From NCBI GenBank assembly GCA_002269645.1, contig NIVC01002868.1, forward strand, positions 69,734 to 133,733: 64,000 nt of DNA, written 5' to 3'. This DNA is from Macrostomum lignano (taxonomy: Eukaryota). Positions 36,268 to 49,253 of this stretch are shown here, piece after piece (position 1 is the first letter of the stretch; each line of letters begins with the position of its first letter). A program made the position numbers and the translations under genes. The notes beneath the pieces were generated by a model. It ran no database searches, was not told the DNA's origin, and worked only from the letters and a program-made list of their open reading frames with translations.

Positions 36268-37884
36268 ATGGACACCAAAGCGACGTGCTTCGTGAGACTG
36301 TGCAGAAATCCGTCAGCCAGTAAGTCTCCGATCTCGGACCAGCCGCTCTGTGAGCACCATCTGCAGGCCGACCTGCGCAGGTGCGAGAATGCGGAGGCCG
36401 CTGTCGCGGATAGAATCGCTCACTTTCGCAATTACCAGCGCCCGCTGCGTCTCATGCAGCAGAGGCTGGCGTCCGACATGGAGCTTCTCTGTGACACCTT
36501 TCAAGATCTGCGCGACTCATTCGAAAAGTGCCAGGCGGAGCTCACTGAAGCCGTCAACAAGCACTACGAAAAGATGTCGGAGTCTCTTGCGACTCTAGCT
36601 GTAGTTGACGAACTTGAGACGGAGTTCAGGACAGCGAAAAACGAGAGAAACCTGAGACAGGCTTTCCTCATCACGGAGAATATGGACAAGTCGCTTGAGT
36701 CACTTGAGCTTAACTCAGAGCTTGTGTGCATGAATGAAGGGAAAACCGAGGTCACGATGGCTGCCTTCCCGGATGTCAACTCGATGGTTAGAAACCTGCA
36801 GATGAGCTTCGATATGTCGCTTCAGCTTGCTCAGAATTTGGTTAAAAGCCTTGATATTCGTGCTAGCAAAAGCCAGAGTGTCCCAAATACTGACGCAGTT
36901 CCAAAACAAAATAATATCCAACTCAGCGGAACCCCATCTTGCTTGACAGTGTGGAATAGCACTGAGGGCTTTGCTCTTGACGGTTCTGGTAGCATCGTTG
37001 GAGCTAAAACAGCGACTGGAGGTTGTAAATCGCGTACAAAGTGCGTGCCTCAACCAGGCTCGGAAGATATCCAAATACCTCAGCCAGCTACTGAAGTCAC
37101 CGAAACATCTCAGACAACTACTAAAGAGACCCAAGTGTCTGAAATACGTCAGCTGCCTCCCAAATCCATTCTTGTCGCCGTGGATCGTTCTGCCAGCGAG
37201 AAAAATGTCGTTTTGGTTTCATTCGACTCTGAGGAGGTCGGCAAGGTACCCGGCAGCTGGGAGCAGCCCATCAGAGACCTTCACTCCGACACAAAACTGC
37301 AACTGCTGTTCATCGTCCAAGATCTACAGCTGATCATCGCCGACATGTGCGGAGTGGAGCAGTCTCGAGTCGGCGTCTCTGACCTGCAAGACGACGTGCA
37401 GAAGCTGCGCTGCATCGCCGGAGACTCTGACAAGCTGTTCATCCTCGCTGAGCGAGCTGACGGCAAGCCGGTGATTTTCGGACTGTCCAAGAAGTCGAAT
37501 GAAGTCCAGCTGAAGCTCGCGGTGACCGGCATCGACAAGGCGGGCGCCAGGCCTCGCATTTCGGTGAGGGACCGCATGCTGTTCGTTGATGACGGTGAGA
37601 AGCTGCACACAGTGTGCTCGATCACTGGGATGCTGCTGGCCTCGAACAGTGTGCAGGACAAAGGAAAGTTCGACTTGAATGCTGAACTGCTGCGAGGCAA
37701 CCGAAACATGGCCGCTCTCGTTGCTCAGCAGGTGAGCAGCGGCTTCGGAACGCCCTACTTCGGTGCTGCAATCAAAGTTCCGTTCAACGACGACTCGGTG
37801 ATTGAGTTCAGCACCGACAGCAGGCGCTGCGTGGCCTTCGATGTGGCTAACAATTCCTTGAGACAGCGCGTCTTTGAAATCTGA
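36268..37884 (+). CDS. Intronless 538-aa protein: Cys/His N-terminus, coiled coil, S/T-rich linker, probable beta-propeller (RING-less TRIM/NHL-like)
   Basis: Long GC-rich ORF in AT-rich surroundings; C-X4-C...C-X2-H-H; heptad-rich residues ~35-150; beta-strand-like repeats at the C-terminus. The family call is weak. Confidence 0.55.
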   Translation: MDTKATCFVRLCRNPSASKSPISDQPLCEHHLQADLRRCENAEAAVADRIAHFRNYQRPLRLMQQRLASDMELLCDTFQDLRDSFEKCQAELTEAVNKHYEKMSESLATLAVVDELETEFRTAKNERNLRQAFLITENMDKSLESLELNSELVCMNEGKTEVTMAAFPDVNSMVRNLQMSFDMSLQLAQNLVKSLDIRASKSQSVPNTDAVPKQNNIQLSGTPSCLTVWNSTEGFALDGSGSIVGAKTATGGCKSRTKCVPQPGSEDIQIPQPATEVTETSQTTTKETQVSEIRQLPPKSILVAVDRSASEKNVVLVSFDSEEVGKVPGSWEQPIRDLHSDTKLQLLFIVQDLQLIIADMCGVEQSRVGVSDLQDDVQKLRCIAGDSDKLFILAERADGKPVIFGLSKKSNEVQLKLAVTGIDKAGARPRISVRDRMLFVDDGEKLHTVCSITGMLLASNSVQDKGKFDLNAELLRGNRNMAALVAQQVSSGFGTPYFGAAIKVPFNDDSVIEFSTDSRRCVAFDVANNSLRQRVFEI

Positions 37885-38959
37885 ACTCCGACTGTCTTTG
37901 TGTAGCACAATCATACCGACTTGATATCGATTTTCAGTAGACTTTAGACTGGGCAGTAAACAAAAAGTAGTAAACGAAAATTTTATTTGAATTTAATTGT
38001 TATAAGTATGACTTTTTTTAGTTTTCAAAGCTTCCTTTTATTCGTAGAAATTTATTTAGACTGTCATGTGCTCCTCATCATAATTCTCTGTCTGTTATCT
38101 TCCCAGCTTTTTCCCAATATTTATGCTATCATACGCGATTGATTAGCTGTTAGATTTTTCCATTAGATAATTTTTAACCCTACTATCCCTACTTTGTGAC
38201 AAGAGCTATCAGTTTATCCATACTTCCATTGTTATCTCGGTTGGTGTAAGAAACATGCGAGAGGTTGTCGGAAAGAAGCAACTTTGGTGTCATTTTACTT
38301 TTTTGAAAGTGACAGCGATTTGATGATTTTCAGGCTTGATGGTTTTTGAACCATTGATGTGAGTTAATTAAATAGCTCAAACTGGATCTTCTGCTGTAAT
38401 CTCCCAGATCGTTTGAGGAGGTGAGTTGGTGCCAGCAGGCTGTTCTGATGCGATTGACGCGATGCTCACGCGATGGGGGAAGTGTGATGCTACAGATGGA
38501 GACTGTGTTGAGAAGGCTGCCTTAAGAGGGATAATGATGATAACTAAAGACAACAAACCGTTTCTACATGTATATTCGCTATCACTTCCATTGCTGGACT
38601 ATCAGCGACATTGCGATGATTTTCCAAGCGTAGTTTTTTTAATAGAAGGATCATAACATACGAGGTCTAATTTAAAAAAAAATGAGAACTTTGTTGTTAT
38701 TTTTAGGTGCTTTCGTTTTTGCCCTGGTAAGTGTCAGTAAGTTTGAGTGATCAGTACAAGTAATTTCGTTGGTGTCTTCTGGACAGAAAAATCAATAAAT
38801 TTAACTTTGTAGCAATTAATTGTACCAAATTTAGTTAGAACAATAAAAAACCGTCCTACGAGTGCACTACAATACTTAGACTGTCTGCAACGCAGCTATG
38901 ACCCGCTATTCTTAAGCTTTTAAATTATCAATTTGCATCTCTAGCATCATATCTGCATC

Positions 38960-40085
38960 TGTTGGATGTTGGATGTTGGATGTTGGGTGTTGGATGTTGG
39001 ATGTTGGGTGTTGGGTGTTGAATGTTGGATGTTGGATGTTGGATGTTGGGTGTTGAGTGTTGGATGTTGGGTGTTGGATGTTGGGTGTTGGATGTTGGAT
39101 GTTGGATGTTGGGTGTTGGATGTTGGATGTTGGGTGTTGGGTGTTGAATGTTGGATGTTGGATGTTGGATGTTGGGTGTTGAGTGTTGGATGTTGGGTGT
39201 TGGATGTTGGGTGTTGGATGTTGGATGTTGGGTGTTGGGTGTTGAATGTTGGATGTTGGATGTTGGATTTTGGGTGTTGTGTTGGATGTTGGGTGTTGGA
39301 TGTTGGGTGTTGGGTGTTGGATGTTGGGTGTTGGATGTTGGATGTTGGGTGTTGAATGTTGGATGTTGGATGTTGGGTGTTGTGTTGGATGTTGGGTGTT
39401 GGGTGTTGGATGTTGGGTGTTGGATGTTGGGTGTTGGATGTTGGATGTTGGATGTTGGATTTTGGGTGTTGTGTTGGATGTTGGGTGTTGTGTTGGATGT
39501 TGGGTGTTGGATGTTGGATGTTGGGTGTTGGGTGTTGGATGTTGGGTGTTGGATGTTGGGTGTTGGATGTTGGATGTTGGATGTTGGATTTTGGGTGTTG
39601 TGTTGGATGTTGGGTGTTGGATGTTGGATGTTGGATGTTGGGTGTTGGATGTTGAGTGATGGGTGTTGGTGTTGGGTGTTGGATATTGGGTGTTGGGTGT
39701 TGGGTGTTGGATGTTGGATGTTGGGTGTTGGATGTTGAGTGATGGGTGTTGGTGTTGGGTGTTGGATGTTGGATGTTGGGTGTTGGGTGTTGGATGTTGG
39801 GTGTTGGATGTTGGATGTTGGGTGTTGGATGTTGGGTGTTGGATGTTGGATGTTGGGTGTTGTGTTGGATGTTGGATGTTGGGTGTTGGATGTTGAGTGA
39901 TGGGTGTTGGTGTTGGGTGTTGGATATTGGGTGTTGGGTGTTGGGTGTTGGATGTTGGATGTTGGGTGTTGGATGTTGAGTGATGGGTGTTGGTGTTGGG
40001 TGTTGGATGTTGGATGTTGGGTGTTGGGTGTTGGATGTTGGGTGTTGGATGTTGGATGTTGGATGTTGGATGTTAGATGTTGGAT
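38960..40085. repeat. 7-bp satellite (GTTGGAT/GTTGGGT)n, ~160 copies
   Basis: Direct tandem repeat with higher-order blocks. Confidence 0.97.
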
Positions 40086-40198
40086 GTCGATTTTTTACCG
40101 TCCGGAGTTTCTAGGACAAAAAAACAATAAAATCCCGTTTAGATCAGTACTAGATAGATACCAAGATAGATACCGACAGACCATTTTTAGTATATGGA
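40086..40198 (-). mobile_element. Isolated Helitron-type 5' end abutting the 7-bp satellite
   Basis: TCCATATACTAAAAATGGTCTGTC at 40198; no matching hairpin/CTAG was found. Confidence 0.6.
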
Positions 40199-40389
40199 AG
40201 TTGTAAGCATTGCGATGGGGTGGTTGGTCTTAGGTGTTAGGGCATTATGTTTAGATAGATTTTAGTAGATGTTGATCTCACGGGGATTTGGGGGGGGGTG
40301 CTTGACCTTTTTTATCGCCCTTAGATGAGCGGTTGTAAGTATTGCATTGAGGTGCTTGATTTTATATATAAAAGCATTGTGTATAATGA

Positions 40390-40720
40390 GATTTTAGCAG
40401 ATGTTGATCTCAGTCAAGTTGTCTACTCGTTGTGAAGTTGTCTACTCTTGAGTCGTTGTACATTAAACAGCTAAAGCCCACCATGAACATCCAACTTAGT
40501 GGTAGAGGGGCGAGTGTCCATCTAAGGGTGTTCTGACCCCATGCGCTTGCCTCTTATTTAGGGCCATTTAACTCGGTTACCCATACTGACAATCTTTTTG
40601 GCCTACTAGACTTTAAATATTTTACCATCTCTCTGAAAATATATTATTGCCTTGCCTGAAGATGCCGATTGTTCGGCGAAACATGTCGCGCGAAGATTGA
40701 TCAATAAATTGTAATTTCGT
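40390..40720 (+). mobile_element. Penelope-like element 3' remnant (GIY-YIG C-terminus + pseudo-LTR)
   Basis: 40435-40536 translates to KLSTLESLYIKQLKPTMNIQ...LRVF*, the typical end of a PLE endonuclease, followed by a hammerhead motif. Confidence 0.75.
40653..40690 (+). ncRNA. Minimal type I hammerhead ribozyme
   Basis: UGC-CUGAAGA-U-GCCGA-UUGU-UCGGC-GAAA-CAUG-UC^GCG: intact core, 5-bp stem II, palindromic stem III, 3-bp stem I. Confidence 0.78.
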
Positions 40721-41122
40721 AATTTCGTATTATCAAAGATAAAAATGCGAATGTTCGCCTTTGCTTTCATTTTCCTGACTTTCCTCAAACGGTGTACCTT
40801 ACCTGGAATGTCATTATTAATCTGACTCATAAATATTGCTATAATGTGATTCTTTTATTTACATGAACATTTTAAACTTTGCCCTTCATATTCCTTTTAA
40901 CGCACGCCGGTTTCAGAGTCACTGGTTCCGTTTTTATTCCTTTCTTAGAAACTGATTGAATTTCATTTGATCCGTCCCTGTATCGTTTTAGTATCTGCTT
41001 TTCATTCTTGTTTTCTGAATCCATTAGCTTTCTCACGTTAAACTTACATGCATGCAGTAGACTGAGTAGCCACACAGAGTCTTTATTGATGTCTTTAATA
41101 ATAAGTCGTAAGGTTCTGCACA

Positions 41123-41385
41123 AATTTATTTATGAGTTTATAAATGATTTGAGTTACTTCATTTTCAAGTTCATAGCGTCATCCGACTCATCCTGGTAAC
41201 CAGCAGTAACATTGCGTCATTCCGTCATGACGGTAGCCACTTGACTTCATCCTGACCCACTGCTGAACCTCACTAAATCATCCAGAACCACCCACTTTTC
41301 AGCCTCACAGTTTCATCCAGATCCACTGCTCAGCCTTACAGCTTCATCCAGACCCACTGCTCAATCTGACAGCTTCATTAGAGGC
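41123..41385 (+). repeat. Unclassified dispersed repeat; second copy at ~58087-58275
   Basis: Shared AAATTTATTT.ATGAGTT...CAGTAACATTGC...CATCCAGACCCACTGCTCAGCC sequence. Confidence 0.75.
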
Positions 41386-43053
41386 ACCTAAACTGAAATT
41401 CAGAGGACAGCGTCACCATCTCAAAGCGAGGGGCACTTGCTCGTCAACTTTGAGCCCCTATTCCGTGCAGTGCCTGCTGAGCAGTCCTCAGAGAAACATG
41501 GACGTGAGATTGAAATTGTTGAAAAATCGAATTTGCTCAGATTTTGCTAAAATTGAATTCTAAAATGCATGGGATGATGGCGTGAGAAGTGACTAATGGC
41601 AGGAAAATCAAAAGAGAATGCAAAACATCTGCATCTCTTTCTCTAACAAAAGCAGCAGAAAAAGCAGACAGTTGAGAGTGAAAGACACTGACAATGGGAC
41701 ACTCACGGATTAAACGAAGACAGAAAATTCACGCAAAAATGCATTCGAACAATCCGAAAGCTGCATTAAAATTCTACGCATCGAGGAGCAGCCACTGGTA
41801 GCAACCCAGCCTCCCCAAGGCATCGCACAACAAACAGTTGTCTCTGTCGCTTTGCAACAAGATTCTGAATTCAGAGTAAAAAGCAACAGAGAGACAACAA
41901 AGAATCTCTCTAAACCAATCCAAAGCCCGGCTTCATCGGGATCGACTGGCTCGACGCTGCGCCCCCTCCGCGCAGCCATCGCAACGCCGCCACCCCAAGA
42001 TGAGTTGGGAAGCTGCATAAAGCCCGCAGTCCTGCAGCTGGCGAGAGGCACAAAAGCGAAAGCACATCCCGTCTCCGTAAGACTCCCTACAGCCGCTCTG
42101 ACCATGCAGACTTTGTCAATTCTGCCGCTGATTCTCTGCTGTTGCATCGCTCTCGGCCACTCGCTGGGCGCTGAATTCGGCCTGTTAGGCTGCTTTGTGG
42201 ACACCGGAGATCGAGATATCAACGGTCTGAATGGCTGGTCCACCATCGGGCCCTACTCAGTGACATGGAACTCCGGGGGGACAGTCGAACTCAGCAGCAT
42301 GACTGTGCAGCTTTGCAGCGAAATCTGCGCCTATGGAAAATTCCGCTACTTTGGTGTTCAGTATTCAAGCTCTTGTTTCTGCGGAAACTCGTACGGCCGA
42401 CACGGCAGGGCAGCCGACAGCGACTGCAACATGGAATGCTCTGGCAACACGGCCCAAATCTGTGGAGGGGCGTATCGAAACTCCGTGTACCGGCAGGTCT
42501 ACAATCGTCCAGGTGAGCGTAGCGGAATTTACAATCGGTGCTGTTTTGTTCACGCACTTCCCCACTTGCACTCAGCATAATCCTATATACTAAAAATGAA
42601 ATGTCTGTAACTAACTAGCTATGCGATAGATTTCAGAAAAAATGGCTCAACCGATTTTCTTTAAACTTGCACCATTCGATCAGAAATGTTCCTGGGACGG
42701 TACATGCATCTTGGCTAAGAAATTGCTCAATGTTAAAGGGATTAAATATTCGAAAAACATGCTTTTTTGCAAAGGTCAAGCAAAATTTTTGACTTGAAAT
42801 GCATTGTAAGAATGCTAGAGAAAAAACTGACTGGCTGAATTCCGATTGTGATAAAGATTGCATCACAACCAGTTGAAAACAGTGCCGAAGAAATGCACAC
42901 AAGACTTCATTTAAATTGCGTAACCATATTGCTAACTTAAATTCAGACTGATACTGGCTGACTGAGAAATTGATTATGTCATAACTTTTTACTCTAACCG
43001 ACTTGCTATAAGTATTGAATTATAAGGGCCACAAGTCATGTTCTCCAATTGAA

Positions 43054-43120
43054 AAGAGATAGCCGGATGCAAACAGACTGGAATGCTAATGTAGCGACCT
43101 TGGTTCGAATCTTAGTAGTG
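43054..43120 (+). promoter_or_regulatory. tRNA-derived cassette in H5
   Basis: GAGATAGCC...GGTTCGAATC followed by a T9 run. Confidence 0.6.
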
Positions 43121-43179
43121 AAAAATGTTTTTTTTATTAAAACACCTTAAAAAACACAAAATTCTAAACATTAAAGAGC

Positions 43180-46100
43180 CACCATTTCAAACCTAAAAGA
43201 GCCACCATGTCAAACATTAAAGAGCCACCATTTCAAACCTAAAAGAGCCACCATGTCGAACATTAAAGAGCCACCATGTCGAACATAAAAGAGCCACCAT
43301 ATCAAACATTAAAGAGCCACCATTTCAAACATTAAAGAGCCGCCATGTCAAACATTAAAGAGCCACCATTTCAAACCTAAAAGAGCCACCATGTCGAACA
43401 TTAAAGAGCCACCATGTCAAACATTAAAGAGCCACCATATCAAACATAAAAGAATTACCATGTCAAACATTAAAGAGCCACCATGTCGAACATTAAAGAG
43501 CCACAATGTCAAACATTAAAGAGCCACCATTTCAAACCTAAAAGAGCCACCATGTCGAACATTAAAAAGCCACCATGTCAAACATTAAAGAGCCACAATG
43601 GCAAACATTAAAGAGACACCATTACGAACATTAAAGAGCCACCATGTCAAACATAAAACAGCCACCATTTCGAAAATTAAAGAGCCACCATTTTAAACAT
43701 TAAAGAGCCACCTTGTCAAATATTAAAGAGCCACAATGTCAAACATTAAAGAGCCACCTTATCAAACATTAAAGAGCCACCATGTCGAACATAAAAGAGC
43801 CACAATGTAGAACATAAAAGAGTCACCATGTCAAACAGTAAAGAGCCACCATGTAAAACATTAAAGAGCCACCATGTCGAACATAAAAGAGGTACCATGT
43901 CAAACATTAATGACCCACCAGGTCAAACATGAAAGTGCCACCATGTCAAATATTAAAAAGCCACCATGTCAAACATTAAAGAGCCACCAGGTCAAACATG
44001 AAAGTGCCACCATATAAAACATTAAAGAGCCACCAGGTCAAACATATACATGACTTCATGTCAAACATTAAAGAGCCACCATGTCGAACATAAAAGGGCC
44101 ACCATGTCAAATATTAAAGAGCCACCATGTCAAACATTAAAGAGCAACCAGGTCAAACATGAAAGTGCCACCATGTAACACATTAAAGAGCCACCATGTC
44201 GAACATTTAAGAACCACCATGTCAAACATAAAATAGCCACCATGTGAAACATATAGGTGACTCCATGTAAAACATTAAAGAGCTACCATTTCAGACATAT
44301 ACATGACTCCATGTCAAACATATACGTGACTCCATGTTAGACATTAAAGAGCCACCATGTCGAACATTAAAGATCCAACGTATTAAAAATACAAGAGCCA
44401 CCATGTCAAACATATACATGACTCCATGTCAAACATTGAAGAGACACCATGTCGAACATAAAAGAGCCACCATGCAAAACATAAAAGAGCCACCATGTCT
44501 AACATTAAAGAGCCACCATGGCAAACATATACATGACTCTATGTCGAACAATCAAGAGCCACCATGTCAAACATATACATGACTCCATGTCAAACGTTAA
44601 AGAGACACCATGTCAAACATTAAAGAGCCACCATGTCAAACATTTAAGAGCCACCAGGTCAAACATGAAAGTGCCACCATGTAAAACATTAAAGAGCCAC
44701 CATGTAAAACATATACGTAACTCCATGTCAAATATTGAAGAGACCCCATGTCAAACATTAAAGAGCCACCACGTCGAACATAAAAGAGCCACCATGTAAA
44801 ACATATACGTAACTCCATGTCAAACATTAAAGCGACACCATGTCGAACATAAAAGAGCCACCATGTCGAACATTAAAGAGCCACCATGTCGAACATAAAA
44901 GAGCTACCATGTCAAACATTAAAGAGCCACCATGTTAAACATAAAAGAGCCATCATGTCAAACATATAAGTGACTTTATGTCGAACATTAAAGAGCCACC
45001 ATTTCTAACATTAAAGAGCCACCATGTCCAACATTAAAGAGTCACCATGTCAAAAATTAAAGAGCCACCATGTCTATCATTAAAGAGCCATCATGTCAAA
45101 CATTAAAGAGCTACTTTGTCTAACATTGAATAGCCACCATGTGAAACATTAAAGAGCCACCATGTCAAACATTAAAGAGCCACCATGTCAAACATAAAAG
45201 AGCCACCTTTTTGAACATTAAAGAGCCACCATTTCGAACATTAAAGAGCCACCATGTCAAACATAATAGAGCCCCCATGTCAAACATAGAAGAGCCCCCA
45301 TGTCAAACATAGAAGAGCCCCCATGTCAAACATTAAAGAGCCACCATGTCCAACATATACATGACTCCATGTTGAACATTCAAGAGCTACCATGTCAAAC
45401 ATATACATGACGCCATGTCGAACATAAAAGAGCCACCATGTCGAACATTAAAAAGCCACCATGTCAAACATTAAAGAGCCACCATTTCAAACCTAAAAGA
45501 GCCACCATGTCGAACATTAAAGAGCCACCATGTCGAACATAAAAGAGCCACCATATCAAACATTAAAGAGCCACCATTTCAAACATTAAAGAGCCGCCAT
45601 GTCAAACATTAAAGAGCCACCATTTCAAACCTAAAAGAGCCACCATGTCGAACATTAAAGAGCCACCATGTCGAACATAAAAGAGCCACCATATCAAACA
45701 TAAAAGAATTACCATGTCAAACATTAAAGAGCCACCATGTCAAACATTAAAGAGCCACAATGTCAAACATTAAAGAGCCACCATTTCAAACCTAAAAGAG
45801 CCACCATGTCGAACATTAAAAAGCCACCATGTCAAACATTAAAGAGCCACAATGGCAAACATTAAAGAGACACCATTAAGAACATTAAAGAGCCACCATG
45901 TCAAACATAAAACAGCCACCATTTCGAAAATTAAAGAGCCACCATTTTAAACATTAAAGAGCCACCTTGTCAAATATTAAAGAGCCACAATGTCAAACAT
46001 TAAAGAGCCACCTTATCAAACATTAAAGAGCCACCATGTCGAACATAAAAGAGCCACAATGTAGAACATAAAAGAGTCACCATGTCAAACAGTAAAGAGC

Positions 46101-48500
46101 CACCATGTAAAACATTAAAGAGCCACCATGTCGAACATAAAAGAGGTACCATGTCAAACATTAATGACCCACCAGGTCAAACATGAAAGTGCCACCATGT
46201 CAAATATTAAAAAGCCACCATGTCAAACATTAAAGAGCCACCAGGTCAAACATGAAAGTGCCACCATATAAAACATTAAAGAGCCACCAGGTCAAACATA
46301 TACATGACTTCATGTCAAACATTAAAGAGCCACCATGTCGAACATAAAAGGGCCACCATGTCAAATATTAAAGAGCCACCATGTCAAACATTAAAGAGCA
46401 ACCAGGTCAAACATGAAAGTGCCACCATGTAACACATTAAAGAGCCACCATGTCGAACATTTAAGAACCACCATGTCAAACATAAAATAGCCACCATGTG
46501 AAACATATAGGTGACTCCATGTAAAACATTAAAGAGCTACCATTTCAGACATATACATGACTCCATGTCAAACATATACGTGACTCCATGTTAGACATTA
46601 AAGAGCCACCATGTCGAACATTAAAGATCCAACGTATTAAAAATACAAGAGCCACCATGTCAAACATATACATGACTCCATGTCAAACACTGAAGAGACA
46701 CCATGTCGAACATAAAAGAGCCACCATGCAAAACATAAAAGAGCCACCATGTCTAACATTAAAGAGCCACCATGGCAAACATATACATGACTCTATGTCG
46801 AACAATCAAGAGCCACCATGTCAAACATATACATGACTCCATGTCAAACGTTAAAGAGACACCATGTCAAACATTAAAGAGCCACCATGTCAAACATTTA
46901 AGAGCCACCAGGTCAAACATGAAAGTGCCACCATGTAAAACATTAAAGAGCCACCATGTAAAACATATACGTAACTCCATGTCAAATATTGAAGAGACAC
47001 CATGTCGAACATAAAAGAGCCACCACGTCGAACATAAAAGAGCCACCATGTAAAACATATACGTAACTCCATGTCAAACATTGAAGCGACACCATGTCGA
47101 ACATAAAAGAGCCACCATGTCGAACATTAAAGAGCCACCATGTCGAACATAAAAGAGCTACCATGTCAAACATTAAAGAGCCACCATGTTAAACATAAAA
47201 GAGCCATCATGTCAAACATATAAGTGACTTTATGTCGAACATTAAAGAGCCACCATTTCTAACATTAAAGAGCCACCATGTCCAACATTAAAGAGTCACC
47301 ATGTCAAAAATTAAAGAGCCACCATGTCTATCATTAAAGAGCCATCATGTCATACATTAAAGAGCTACTTTGTCTAACATTGAATAGCCACCATGTGAAA
47401 CATTAAAGAGCCACCATGTCAAACATTAAAGAGCCACCATGTCAAACATAAAAGAGCCACCTTTTTGAACATTAAAGAGCCACCATTTCGAACATTAAAG
47501 AGCCACCATGTCAAACATAATAGAGCCCCCATGTCAAACATAGAAGAGCCCCCATGTCAAACATAGAAGAGCCCCCATGTCAAACATTAAAGAGCCACCA
47601 TGTCCAACATATACATGACTCCATGTTGAACATTCAAGAGCTACCATGTCAAACATATACATGACGCCATGTCGAACATAAAAGAGCCACCATGTCGAAC
47701 ATTAAAAAGCCACCATGTCAAACATTAAAGAGCCACCATTTCAAACCTAAAAGAGCCACCATGTCGAACATTGAAGAGCCACCATGTCGAACATTAAAGG
47801 GCCACCATGTCAAATATTAAAGGGCCACCATGTCAAATATTAAGGAGCCACCATGTCAAACATTAAAGAGCCACCAGGTCAAACATGAAAGTGCCACCAT
47901 GTCTAACATTCAAGAGCTACCATGTCAAACATATACATGACTCCATGTCAAACATTAAAGAGACACTATGTCAAACATTAAAGAGCCACCAGGTCAAACA
48001 TGAAAGTGCCACCATGTAACACATTAAAGAGCCACCATGTCGAACATTTAAGAACCACCATGTCAAACATATACGTGACTCCATGTAAAACATTAAAGAG
48101 CTACCATATCAGACATATACATGACTCCATGTCAAACATATACGTGACTCCATGTTAGACATTAAAGAGCCACCATGTCGAACATTAAAGAGCCAACATG
48201 TTAAAAATACAAGAGCCACCATGTCAAACATATACATGACTCCATGTCAAACATTGAAGAGACACCATGTCGAACATAAAAGAGCCACCATGTCAAACAT
48301 TAAAGAGCCACCATGTCAAACATAAAAGAGCCACCTTTTTGAACATTAAAGAGCCACCATTTCGAACATTAAAGAGCCACCATGTCAAACATAATAGAGC
48401 CCCATGTCAAACATAGAAGAGCCCCCATGTCAAACATAGAAGAGCCCCCATGTCAAACATAGAAGAGCCACTATGTCAGACATTGAAAAGCCACCGTATC
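43180..48500. repeat. 23-bp satellite B, ~230 copies, with a ~2.25-kb internal duplication
   Basis: Identical translated blocks at 44334 and 46588. Confidence 0.97.
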
Positions 48501-48597
48501 AAACATAAAAGATACACAATTTCAAACGTAAAAGTAAGCGAATTTTAAAGGAGCCGCTATAATGCTAAGGAAATTGTCGCACTAGCTACTTATTGTC

Positions 48598-49035
48598 TGG
48601 TGGATGCTTGCTATTTGGGGATGCTATCTATCTCGGGGATGCTTGCTATCTGGGGGATGCTTGCTATCTTGGGGATGCTTGCAATCTGGGGTGATGCTTG
48701 CTATCTGGGGGATGCTTGCTATCTGGGGGATGCTTGCTATCTGGGGGATGCTTGCTATCTTGGGGGATGCTTGCTATCTGGGGGATGCTTGCAATCTGGG
48801 GGATGCTTGCTATCTTGGGGATGCTTGCAATCTGGGGTGATGCTTGCTATCTGGGGGATGCTTGCTATCTGGGGATGCTTGCTATCTGGGGGATGCTTGC
48901 TATCTGGGGGATGCTTGCTATCTGGGGGATGCTTGCTATCTGGTGGATGCTTGCTATCTGGGGGATGCTTGCTATCTGGGGGATGCTTGCCATCTTGGGG
49001 ATGCTTGCTATCTGGTGGATGCTTGCAGTCTTGGG
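48598..49035. repeat. 18-bp minisatellite (GGGGGATGCTTGCTATCT), ~24 copies
   Basis: Direct tandem repeats. Confidence 0.95.
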
Positions 49036-49172
49036 ATGATTTCTTTTTGCAATGCACTTCATTTGAGCAGTTTGTCTGTTGTCTTTTTGAAGGATTTTTG
49101 GCTGTCTTTTTGTTACTTGTAGAAAACAGAGATTCTATCCAGATGTCCCCCATCGGGGGGCGAAGATTGCTA

Positions 49173-49173
<1 letters not shown>

Positions 49174-49253
<80 letters not shown>

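Larger units (their letters stand above)
42581..49173 (+). mobile_element. Complete non-autonomous Helitron H5 (6.6 kb, H2 family)
   Basis: A|TCCTATATACT at 42581; CCCCC-ATC-GGGGG hairpin; CTAG|T at 49173; no TSD, as expected for Helitrons. Confidence 0.92.

Noticed and set aside
38966-40206. VGCW-repeat proteins
   Set aside because: All three frames are open because of a 7-bp satellite.
40606-41123. Lys-rich minus-strand ORFs as a transposon protein
   Set aside because: No motif recognised; AT-rich composition explains them.
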